64,000 bases of DNA from Azolla caroliniana (Eukaryota; Plantae; Polypodiophyta). Under the pieces are notes generated by a model that searched no databases, was not told where the DNA came from, and was given only the letters and a program-made list of their open reading frames with translations. Made by a program: the position numbers and the translations under genes. Shown one piece after another: positions 13,896 through 25,800 of this stretch. Location: contig JBHGNT010000010.1 of assembly GCA_043228905.1 (NCBI GenBank), positions 8,246,001-8,310,000 of the forward strand. The letters run 5' to 3'. Each line of letters begins with the position of its first letter. The stretch's first letter is position 1.

Positions 13896-16800
13896 ATGGC
13901 AAACACTCGTAAAGCCGCTGCAAAGTTCGGGGGTATGATTGATAATGAGCCGAGGTCACTAACAAATCTTGATTCCAATGCAATGGACAAAATGCTTATC
14001 AGTCACTTGATTTCTCTTCAAGAAACCATAAACAAGCAAGGTGAAGAGATTAGGATGTTAATGAAAGAGAATGCTAAGCTCCAAATTGTTGTCATTGAGA
14101 ATGAAAGTCTTAAGCAAGTGGTTGCAAAACTTGAAGAAGAGATTCAAGAATGTAGAAGAGCTTCTTTCGAAACAAATGAGCGCCTTAACAAGATTGAGTT
14201 ATAGGACGCATTAATAGAAGAAAAATGGGACACTATGAGGCGGGATATAAGTGAGATGAAAAATGTATGTACAACGAAGTCATGGGCCAATGTATGTGGT
14301 GGGGATGCGGTATCAAACTCATCTAATATGCATGTGATGCATCAAGAGAAGAATATAGAAAGCATAGATGCCCGAGAATTGAAAGAACGTGAACGACGAT
14401 CAAAGAACACCCACATCCCTTGGAAAGGCCATTGGTGAATTTTTTAGCATGCATTATGGGATGTCATATGTGAATATATATGGGGCACACCGAGTTGGGA
14501 AACATGATGTTACTCGCTCTGGAGAAAGGCTTATTGTATGCACAATGATAAATGATACAAAGTGGTGGATCATACTCGAAAATAGTTGGGTATACCTCAA
14601 AGGTACGCAATGCTTTGTGAGTGAAGTTCGTACTATCTCACAACAAAATGCTCGTTGTAAAGAATAATATGAAGAAAGATTGAAAAATAATCTTAAGGAT
14701 GTGCCGAAAGATGGAAATGTAGGCAAATAGGGACACATGACCTATGAGACTAACCCATGCCTTTTACGACTATGCTTTTGGAATTGCAATGGATACGCAT
14801 GGAATGCGGGATTTGGCATAGAGGCGTTCACCGATGACTCCGATATCACACTTCTTGTTGAAACATGGGAGCATGATACTGAAAGGATTCAAGGTTTAGG
14901 AAACTATAATGTACACTCTTTGATATGGAAGAAAAATCCAAGACAAAGAAGAGAACAAGGAGGGATGGCATGTTCGATTAAGGAAATAGAGAAATATGTG
15001 TCAATCATAAAAAATGATGAACATAAATGCTACATATGGCTCAAAAAAGAAACACCTAATGATTTGCCCACTTTTGTAGTTGGATGTTACATTCCTCATC
15101 AAGATTCTAACTTTTATGCTTGTTTGGATAAAGATCAACCTTTTGCCAATCTAGAAGATGATATTTCTTATTTCAAATCCAAAGGGGAAGTTATTGTCTT
15201 TGGTGACATGAATGCTCGTACAAGAAGTTTCCAACTTGATTCACAAGAATCTTTCATGCCACATATCTCAAGGATGCAAGAGGATTTACAAATGTATAGC
15301 CACTCTTCTAGCAATGAAAAAGATCCGGACCAATTTGGGAAGTTACTCTTATAAATCTCCAAAAGAACTTGATTGCTTATTGCAAATGGTATTTCCATAT
15401 GTCCCAACACTAATGGTTTTACATGTAGAAAACACAACAGAAATAGTGTGATTGACTATATGTTACTTTCTAAAGGTATTTTGCATCGTGTACATAAATT
15501 CTCACTTGGTGAATGGACACCGGAATCCGATCATAGGCCTTTATGCATTGATCTCAAATGTATGCATAGGTTTGATTGTGAGAAGGCTATGGAAGATAAT
15601 AAATAACCGCACTTGAGCATAAACCTTAAGTGAGCGCCCATGTATTCCAAGATACAACATGGTGCCACACCAGAATACAAATGGGAATCTTTCAAGAAAT
15701 TCATTCTCTCCTGTACAAACAAATGTTTTTCGACCAACTGCACATCTTGGAAATGCAGCAAGAAACTTAGGAAAAAATGGTTTGATAAAGAATGTCGTGA
15801 AGCTCAAAAGTGCCTTATGGTTTTGGATGTAGTTAAGGATAAACAGAATTACCAAAATCATTTGCATGAGTATAAAAGCCTTATTCAAAGAAAGACAAGA
15901 ATATGGGAAGTTACTCAACAATTTATCCAAACGCAAGAGAAAGCATTTGCATGTGCTTTTTTCTTTTCTTTTCTTTCTACATATCCTCGAGTTTGTGTGA
16001 TGTGTTTTTCATATCATTGTTACTGGTTTCTCATCCAAATTTATCATACTAGAAAGATCTCTTTGTCATCTTTCTTACAAATATTTTCTTTTGAAATTTG
16101 GATATGAGATGAAGAAGTTATGAGCTTTTTTCTCTACCTTGCTTTTCCTGCCTTTTTTATGCGTTTTTTTCTTTTTTCTTATTTCCTGCTTTTTCTACTT
16201 TTGGAAAACGCCTCTAACTTCATATCCCTTTAATTTCATTCGTCTTTTAACTCTTGAACCTTTCATATTGTACTTTATTCTTATACACCTTAGCATCCGA
16301 TGTATTTGCCCTGATCTTTTCTTACGAGCAAAAATTGACTTCACATTTAGCCCCCCTCCTTGCTTGTTTAACGAACCATTTATGGTGAGCCTAAAATAAA
16401 AAGAAAAGGAAAAACTCATTCTCCTTATGGTAGGCTATAGACAAAGGAGTATAAATACTAAAAAGATATTAAATTATTTTGTGAGAAAAAACCCCCGTTA
16501 AGCGGTAGGAAAAAAATCTCACACTCCTAGACACACACACATTGACAATCACCATGACCATCTTTCTCCTTGTCAGCACATAGAAAGAGGTTACCACAAA
16601 TATTATGTCAACATCAACTCTCCAAACATGAGTAGGGTCATGCAATACATAGTTCTTGATAGAAGTAGGCATGTCAACATATGAATAAACCTTTCAAGCG
16701 AGCGAACTTTTTGCACAAATACCTTCAAAGTTTTGAGACTTGTTAGAGTTGTCATCTTTTGAATTGCTTCAACCTTTGTTGCATCAACATGAATTCTTTC

Positions 16801-19525
16801 CTGGCACACAACATTCTCCACATTACCTTGTCTTGTGTATATGCACTAGAATCGCATCTCGAAAATGAGTTGAAAGTTGATCTCATTTGGTTGAGTCATT
16901 CAAGGGTTTGAAGTCAATGTTATTCTTCTTTGGAACCATAATAACAGGTGGGACATACTTCAAATCCTCCATATGATAAATGAAACTCACTTGAGACAAT
17001 GCTTTGAACTCCATTATAAGGTTTTCCTTTTGCACAATCTCCAATCGTCGCAACTTTTGGGCAATTGGTATGTTTTCTTCAACTTGATGTGGTGCTTGAT
17101 TGCTTCTCCTCTTATCTGTGAATAGTCAAATATGAATAACTTTGGAAACTTAGAAAGAAGACAAATAAACCTTAGATCTGCTTCACCTTGGACCTCGTTT
17201 GAAATCATCATCTTTTTTCCTTTAAAGTGATAATGTCATCTTCAATGACTTCTCCTTCATCTTTAGACACCACATGGAACAATTTATTTTCTCTATCCCA
17301 TGAAGATTCATCACTTGTTATGGTTTTCTCTTCTTGCTTTCCATTGTCGATAGATGCTTCCTTCTCATAGAAGATGTTCAACCTCTTCGAAGCGGTCCAT
17401 CTTAAACCATTCATCCTCTGTTCCACCACGTGGTCGAATCCATGTAGTCTAGAGGTCAATAAATTCCCTCTCATAATCGATATACACCATTGTTGATGAC
17501 ATTCGTAAATGAAAGAGTTCCTCTTCAACTTCCATCGCATTTCGGCATTGAATATACTTAACTTTAAATTGTTTTAACAATAGTTGGTAATTCAATTGTT
17601 GGTTTGGTAGCAAGGACTCATACCAATCCCTTGCTCGTCCATAAAAAGTAGCCACCAATAGATGAAGCTTCTCAAAATCCATCATCTTCCCTATTGATAT
17701 TGCATGATGTTCAAAGGCGGCCAAGAATGCTCCTGCATCTTGAACCCCATCACCTACAAAAGCAAATTGAAAAGCCATATTGGCTACAAATAAAACATGT
17801 CGTCCCTCTAATATGGAAAGAATTGGCCCTCCCTAGAGCGCCAAAATGATGATGAGAGAAAGAAAAAAGATAGAGAAGAGAAGAGGAAGAGAAGAATACT
17901 TCAATAAACTATTAGGAAAACCAAACAATCCTCTTAGACTCCAAAAGTAACAAAACCAAATAACTACTTCAATATACTATTAGCCAAAATAGTCTTCCCT
18001 TCTTCTCTCTTTCTTCAACTAATCTTCTTATTCTTCCTCACTTCTTCTTGTAGATATTCTATTCCTCCATTTGTCTCCCCCAATTGCTAAGAATACCCTC
18101 ATATTTATAGGTTTTTAGTTGCGTTATTCTTGCTTTTTCCTTTGCATCTTTTCTTTCTACATATCCTCGAGTTTGTGTGATGCGTTTTTCATATCATTAC
18201 TTTTGGTTTTTCATCCCAATTTGTTATACCAGAAATCTCTCTTTGTCAACTATCTTACAAATCTTTTCTTTTGAAATTTGGATATGAGATGAAGAAGTTA
18301 TGAGCTTTTTTCTCTGCCTTGCTTTTTTTGCATTTTTTTCTTTTTTCTTTTTCCCTACTTTTTCTACTTTTGGCAAACGCCTCTAACTTCATATCCCTTC
18401 AATTTCATTCGCCTTTGAACTCTAGCACCTTTCATATTATGCGTTATTCTTATACACCTTAGCATCCGATGTATTTGCTCTAGTCTTTTCTTATGAGCAA
18501 AAATTAACTTCACACTATGCATTTGAGAACACATGCAATCTTGGAGATATTAAGTGTTGGGTCCTCAAGAAATATCTTTTCGAGACTTTGGTGACACCGG
18601 TTCGTCTCAATGGGGTGGAAGTATGGGGCGGTAGCATCCCTAAATCTATGTGGAAAGAGTTTGAAAATGTCCAAAAACATTTTCTTTCAAAGTTTCTACA
18701 AGTTAAGAAACAAATGCCCTACACCCTCCTCCTCCTTGATATGGGATCGCTTCCCATTGAGATCTTGGCCATGGAAAGGGTTGTTAAATACATTGTTAAG
18801 GTTCAAAAAAGTCCCTCACATCGACTTCCTAGAATTGCATGGGAAGCAAGCAAAAAATCCAAACAACACATAAAAGCAAAATTTTGTGTTCCGGTTGGAT
18901 GCAAGATATAGAAAAATGGTTTGGTGGATGGGACATGAGACACTTGCTTCATGATGCATCACTAGATTCCTCTGTAAATGAGGCCTTTTTGCAACGGCAA
19001 TCTATCATGAAATGGGACAAATGTGGAGGCTCACGCTTCACACATTATACTACACATGTTGCACCTAACTACAAAACCATATTCTTTGCGGAACGGGGAA
19101 ACCGTACACATTGATACATGTTAGAGCTGATACTGTTATCTGTCATTTGAACCATTGCTTCCATGCGACTTAGCTCACATGCATTGCGATGTGAGACGGG
19201 GCGTTGGGGCACAAGTGATGAGAGTGGTCGGCTATGCACAGTTTGCCTTAAACAAGTTCGCGAGTCTGAATATCACACTTTGATATTCGACCATGGTTTC
19301 CACATCTCTTCGATCGAGCCCAATCCTTGCATGAATTCCTCTCATAACCACTATATGCAGTCTCGATTGCAACATTTATTGGTAAAGTTCTTGAACATCG
19401 AGAGTCACTACTCACTTGCACATGTATCACGTGAAATGTAATATTTTTGGTCTTATAGGTCATATTTGACCTCCGAAGACGATAATATAATGTATCTATC
19501 TATTTATCTACCTATCTCATTCTAT
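13896..19525 (+). mobile_element. Decayed LINE, family L-B; ORF1, endonuclease and ORF2 C-terminus present, RT core deleted, interrupted by a gypsy remnant
   Basis: Coiled-coil ORF1 (13896-14700); endonuclease (FWNCNG, LVETW, GCYIP, FGDMNART, SVIDY, ESDH; 14737-15606); ORF2 C-terminus 18515-19440 (LSSHALRCETGRW...CTVC...ESEYH); 3' stem-loop followed by (CTAT)n tail at 19490-19525. Confidence 0.88.
15955..18514 (-). mobile_element. Heavily decayed Ty3/gypsy LTR element inserted in LINE L-B; 3' LTR truncated
   Basis: 5' LTR 17847-18514 with a partial copy at 15955-16345; PBS-like TGGCGCTCTAGGGAGG next to the 5' LTR; gag-like ORF 17449-17778 (FYGRARDWYESL); RT/RH remnants (IHVDATKVEAI); PPT-like AGGAGGGGGG before the 3' LTR. 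Confidence 0.8.
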
Positions 19526-20741
19526 TTTGAGATCTTGCTTTCTTATGATCACACTTAGTGATCTTCAGTCAAGGTGTTGTTTATGTTTCTGCACTGACGG
19601 CCTATGTTCCCAACAACCCGCTCGGCCTTCATGTGATTCGGCTCATCCAAATCGAAATGCTCGACCAAATCGGATGTCTCTGATTCGTCATCTATCTTCA
19701 TGCCGTTGACCACATCCGGCCATCTCTTGCTCCTAGACTTTTTCTTTAGGTCAGCTCTATCCTTCTTGACTCTACAGCCTTTGCCACTTGTTCCAACTCT
19801 TTCAGATGTTTCGACGTCTTCAGTCGATTCAACATCTTCTTTAGCTCTCCCCATGTCCTCTCTAGGTTCTTCTTCAGCTCCCCCCTCAAGTTCGCCATAT
19901 TGAGGTGTTGGATATCAAGCATCTCCGAAAAGTGTTGCAACTTGTCCGATATGAGCACCTTAGTGAAGGTTTCGGCAACCTCTTGATCGGTTTGAACGTT
20001 GTCGTAGTGTATTCCACACACTACGTGAAAACCATAAAATAATATATCCGAATTTAGATACATATAAATAAATAAATAATATATCAAAAGAATTTATCAC
20101 GTGCATAGGGCAAGATTCGAACCATGCACCTCCACGTAGATAAACCCCAACTTTACCATTGTAATAACTTATCTTTAGTGTTATAAATATAGATTTAATA
20201 CGTATAAGACCTTTATTTACACATACCTTTATTAAAAGGTAAAAATCATGTATTCTTTAGAGTGTGAATATTTTATTTACACGTGACATTAAAAGTGACT
20301 CATGCACATCTAGCGTGCACGAGCCCTATATTTAGGAAATGACAAAACATCACATGCACATTTAGTGTGCATGGGCACTTTAGGTGAAAAAGCATGAAGC
20401 CATGCTTAGCCTCTTCCATCTTTATATAAGGAGGAGAAAAATATGTATATGGTTGTTGATTAATATACAAGGTTGGATCAATCTAATATATTCGTGGGAT
20501 TCACGAATTTTGCCATCTAATTGCTCTTATAATCTAAATATTGTTTTAATTACGCTAAACTCGTGGGATTCACGAGATTGCTATCTTACTTCTCTTACCA
20601 CTATTCATATCTAGCCTTAAGTTGTATTCCTCTTCCTCCTAGTCAAAAACCTCGGCGGTTCCCACCCGACTCACGCAACGATCCGGAGCCGAAGGGCACG
20701 ACACGGTTGGTGAACCCGACGTGAAAACGGGTGGCAAGGAG

Positions 20742-22783
20742 ATGGAAAATCAACAAGAGGCTAGCAACATGATGATGATGTTCGAGCGCATGCTACAAGA
20801 ACAACGCGCGATGTCGGAGATAGCGGCCTCAGTGGAGCGGCTCGTGCAACGAAACGGGCAATTCAACGGGAAAGACGTGTTGCGGTATCTTCGGGATTAC
20901 AAGGCGGAGATGCTACGGTGCGGAATATCGGAAGGACTGCAAGTGACGTCCTTCAACCGGGTGGCGACCGACGGGCTTCAAGCAAGCATCCATGGGCTAC
21001 GACAACAAAATCCGACATGGGAGGCGTTTGAAGTAGAGCTAAAGAGGACGTTCGCCATCGAGGATTCCTCCAAGGCGACACGAAGGGGATTCGAAGATTG
21101 GGTGGAGACGCCGGTCAAGGGATTGAAGGTCGTTGATGTGTTTTCGGCATTCGAAAGCCGGTTCGGGAGGTTGTCCGTGAGAGATCAAGCTATCGTCGTA
21201 CCGGACAAGGTGATCATGTTCTTGCGAGCCGTGGACGTCCGGGACCGGAAAGATCTCGGAATGCTCTTGGAGGACACGACCACGGAGAGCGGCCTCACCG
21301 AAACATGGGAAAGCGTGCGGGATATCGTCGCGCGATACACGAAGAGGGGGCAATGGCTTGCCGACGAGGAAAAGAGGGTTTCGGAACCGATTCCGAAACC
21401 GAGAACCGGATTGGAAGACCATCAACTGAGGGCTCGAGAGACTACAACCGAGAAGGGGATTGATGCATCTACGGTGGAGCAACTATTGAAGGAGATGGAG
21501 AATCTGAAGATCGCGATGGTGAAGAAGTCGGATGACCGCCCCACAAGCTCCAAGTATACGGACCGACGGTGCATATGGTGCGATAGCGCCGAACACGATC
21601 GGAGGGATTGCGACGAGCATAAGGAGGCGCTACGGCGGGATCTCATCTACTACGAGGGAAACCGGATTCATTCGATGGACTCTCAGAAGCCACTCCGACC
21701 GAACTTCCGGAAAGGCGGCATGAAGAAGGTGCTCGAGGAGGAATTGGCGGCGAGAAGCAACTATGCGACAACCGCGGGAATATGTGTCGGGGAGTCATCG
21801 AGAGCAAAGACGTCTTTTTGGCCGGAAGTTCTAGAAAACACCGAGAAAACCGACTCCAACGAGATCCGAAGCACCACGGAAGGCGTCCGGGAAGCTACGG
21901 GATGGGAGTGCCCTGTCGACAAGAATAGCGTATACGCCCTGTGTCAATTGCATAAGGTGTATGTGGACGAGAAACGACGACGAACGGAGGATGCGGCCGG
22001 TCCATCGAAGATACCGGAAAGCTGGAACTCCGGAGGTAAGGGAAAAGAAAAGGCGACTCCGGCATTCAAGCTCGCCTCGGACATAGAACAACAAACCGAC
22101 TTGAAAAGAGTGTTCGAGGAAAGAATCTTGGATAGCCGGGTAGATTTCTCGCTTCGGGAGCTACTCGGAATAGCAAAAAAGGAGTTCCACGATCTTCTCG
22201 TAGATCTCGTGAAGCGAAAAAGACAAAGTACGGAGGAAATTGCTCCAAGGGTGAATGCAAACACCGTTTTAATGAACGACACCGAAGTGGAGGACGAAAT
22301 TCCGAACTCCCACTATACAAGGCCACATTGGGCACGCGCGACTACGGAAACTCCGGTCCGAATCGGCAACATCAAAGAAACCGTGCTAGCATTGATTGAT
22401 CACGGATCAGAGATCAACTTGATGTCCAAGGAGTTCTACCGGAAGGGGAAGTGGCCTATTAACACCAACCATGGATGGAAGATTCGGGCGGCCACCAAAG
22501 CAACGGAAGATCTATTTGCGGCTTGTCCGGATGTGACAGTGAAGATCGGGGATGTCGAGATTGACCAAAATTTCTTCGTGCAAGATGAGGTTTCACATTC
22601 CGTCATCCTCGGCCAACCCTTATCACGGCATCACGGATGGAGACGAAGGTGCTCGATAGCAGTGCGGCTTTTGCGCGAATTCGGAGCCAAAACGGTGGGA
22701 AATCCGTCCAATTCCTAACGGTGCCGGCAAATCACGAGAGGAACAAGAGGGAACTCTTGTCCCAAGTGAGAATGGATTTTTAA
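20742..22783 (+). CDS. Gag plus aspartic protease ORF of the gypsy element, with an apparent 1-nt deletion at ~22620
   Basis: CCHC knuckle CIWCDSAEHDRRDC; DUF4100-like segment (SLRELLGIAK); protease ALIDHGSEIN...ILGQP. The homologous C-terminus ITASRMETKVLD...MDF* continues in a shifted frame to TAA at 22781-22783, matching the 62689-63021 copy. Confidence 0.85.
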
Positions 22784-22837
22784 AGCGGACTGTTGCGGAG
22801 TGGGGAAGTGATAGTCCGAGAAGCCCTGATACCCCAC
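22774..22837 (+). promoter_or_regulatory. Candidate -1 programmed ribosomal frameshift signal (slippery heptamer plus pseudoknot)
   Basis: G GAT TTT TAA; 5-nt spacer; stem 1 22786-22796/22808-22818; loop GTGGGG 22800-22805 complementary to CCCCAC 22832-22837. Confidence 0.75.
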
Positions 22838-25800
22838 ACAGGAAGAAAACTCTCGGAGCAAAACATGTACGAATCGGTCCGGATGGGGCATCTACGTACA
22901 CGACCGTAACCGGAGGATTGAAGAAAGGATACCGACAAGTGGAGGATAAGTTGCGGTCGGCATCAATAATAAAAGAAGATGAAGAAATCGTGGGGATAGT
23001 CGAGGAAGTGTTCTATGGGAGCACGCTACAACGACTTGAAGAGCTTGCGGAAGATAAAAGCCAAGGGAACCGGGTAGTCCCGGTGGAATCGGTCGAGATG
23101 TACGAGATCATTGCGAAAATGGAGCCGGATACGCTCCGTAAAGAAGAAGCAATGGTAAGTACGAAATACAAGACCGTGGAGAAGAAGGTGAAACCGGCCG
23201 CGGGACCACTACCCGTCGATAGCGAACAAAAGAGGAAAGAAGTCTCAGGAGATCCGACACTTCGGAAGTCCGTGGATATCGGACATGCCTTCACGGATGA
23301 GACCCGGAAGAAACTTCGGATCGGTGGAGGTGGGTTCCTATTACAGAAAGAAGAAGAACGGTTTCGCGAGATGTTGGAGCAACACGGCAAAGCGTTTGCA
23401 TTTACATCAAGGGAGATAGGGTGCATCGATCCGAGAATAGTGGAGCCGATGGTGATCTTTACGATTGACCATGTATCGTGGAATCTGAAGCCGCTCCCGG
23501 TGCCACGAGCGCATATTCCGAAAGTCATTGACTTGCTCAAGGAGAAGGTGACGATGGGGATTCTAGAGCCATCAACTGCTCCGTACTCAAATCGATGGTT
23601 TACGGTTCCAAAGAAGAATGGGTCACTCCGATTTATCCAAGACTTGCAACCGGTGAATAAGGTCACGATCCGGAACTCGGGAGTCGGTCCGATAGTGGAC
23701 GAATTTGCGGAAACTTTTGCCGGTCGTGCGATATACTCCATCGGAGACCTATACTCGGGGTATGACCAATTCCAACTAACTGTGGAGAGCCGAGACATCA
23801 CAACCATGCGAACACCGATAGGATTAGTCCGAATGTGCACACTACCACAACGAGCGACAAACTCGGTTGCTCATATGATGAACGCGATGAACAAGGTGCT
23901 TCGAGACTGCATTTCGGAGATAACGATGCCGTTCCTCGATGACATTCCGATGAAAGGATGCGCGGTCGAAGAAAAAGATGAGACTATGGATGATCGGGGA
24001 TGCCGAAAGTTCGTAGTCGACCATATTCATGCTTGCGAGAAAGTGTTGCGAAAGCTAGAAGATGTGCACCTAACACTTTCCGGGGAGAAATCGGCATTCG
24101 GGCAAGAAGAAATATTGGTGGTCGGACATCTATGTGGGCCCTACGGCCGAAGACCGTCACCAACAAAGATCGATGCGATTCAAGCTATGGAGGAAGTATG
24201 CGAGTCAACATCCGAAGTCCGAAGGTTTCTCGGTGCATGTGCATTCTATCACATATGGATTCCGCACTATGCACATATAGCGGACCCGCTCTACCACTTG
24301 TTGCGGAAAGGTAAGAAATTCGAATGGAAACCGGAACACACCAAAGCCATGAAGAAATTGAAGAAGACACTTCGGAGGGCGGAAGCACTTAAGAAGCCGA
24401 GCTACGACCGACTGATCATAGTAACGGTTGATACAAGTCCAACCGGTATCGGGTGGGTCATCAATCAAGCCGACTCGGATGGTTCGCAGTATCCGATCCG
24501 ATTCGGAGCAAAGGTTCTCAACGAAAGGCAACGTGGATATGCACAAGTCAAAAGAGAACTGTGGGGAGTCGTGTCGGCGATAAAATCGGATCGGGATTAT
24601 TTGATCGGAGCCGAAGTGGTGATCGAGACGGATTGTCTTCCGATACTCGGGATGATGCGGTGTTGTACGATACCAGATGTAGCTATGCTAAGGTGGGTTG
24701 CATATGTCAAGTCGCTTAATCCGGAGGTTCGACACATCTCGGGGAAGGAAAACGCGGTAGCGGATATGTTATCAAGGGCTCGGTTCGGAGACGACATAAC
24801 CGAATCGGATAATGAAGAAGTTTCCGAAGACTACTTCGCGTCGGAGCACATATGCCGAGTGAACGTAATCCGAGAATTTCGGGAAGAAGAATATGAGGGA
24901 GAAAGTTTGATGATCGGAAAGACGTTACAAGAGGCCGAGGACTTGACAAACGATAAAGGAAGAAGAGCCGAGATCCGAAGGAAGAAGAGGCAAGTCCAAA
25001 AGTTCTTCTTGGAAAACGGATTAATATGGAGGGCGCCGAAAAGACCGGATGGTATTCCACTTCGAGTAGTCGGGACAAAAGAGCAACGAAACCGGATAAT
25101 GTCCGAGTTTCACGAATCCGATTGGGCTGGACACCGAGGAACATGGGCAACATTTGTGAAGATCAAGCAAAAATATTGGTGGAAGAAAATGTACAAAGAT
25201 ATCGCGGAGTTTACGGAAAGCTGCGAGAAATGTCAAGTCTACTCCGGGGTTCGACATCGAGATGAGTTACATCCGACATTCTCACCGACAATCAACTTCA
25301 AGTGGATGGTCGACATAGTGGCCATGCCGACCGGGATCGGACAAAAGAAATACTTGGTATTAGCTCGGGAAGATCTCACGAATCAAGTAGAAGGTCGAGC
25401 GCTTCAGAGGAAAACGTGTTCCGCGGTATGCCAATTTCTTTTGGAGGAAGTATTTTGCAGGTACGGGTGCGTAGGACAAGTGATTGCAGACCGGGGAGAA
25501 CTCGACTCGGACAAAGCTAGGGGATTCTTCGCCAAACACGGAGTTCGGTTATCGCTGACAACGGCATACAATCCGGAGGCCAACGGGAAAATCGAACGAG
25601 GACATAGTCCGATCGTAAAAGCACTTGCGAAGGCATGCGATGGAAAGGTGAAGAACTGGCCGCAGATGCTTCCGTATGCACTATGGGCGGATCGGACGAC
25701 GCATAGCTCCATAACCGGTTACATGCCGGCAGAACTCATGACCGGACAAGCACCGGTAATGCCGACGGAAACCGCGATCGCAACATGGACAATGCTACCG

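Noticed and set aside
22610-22630. Frame change within the gypsy protease as a recoding site
   Set aside because: The related element reads through this point in one frame (ILSEPYTTATRMETKVLD), so it is best explained as a 1-nt deletion or sequencing error.
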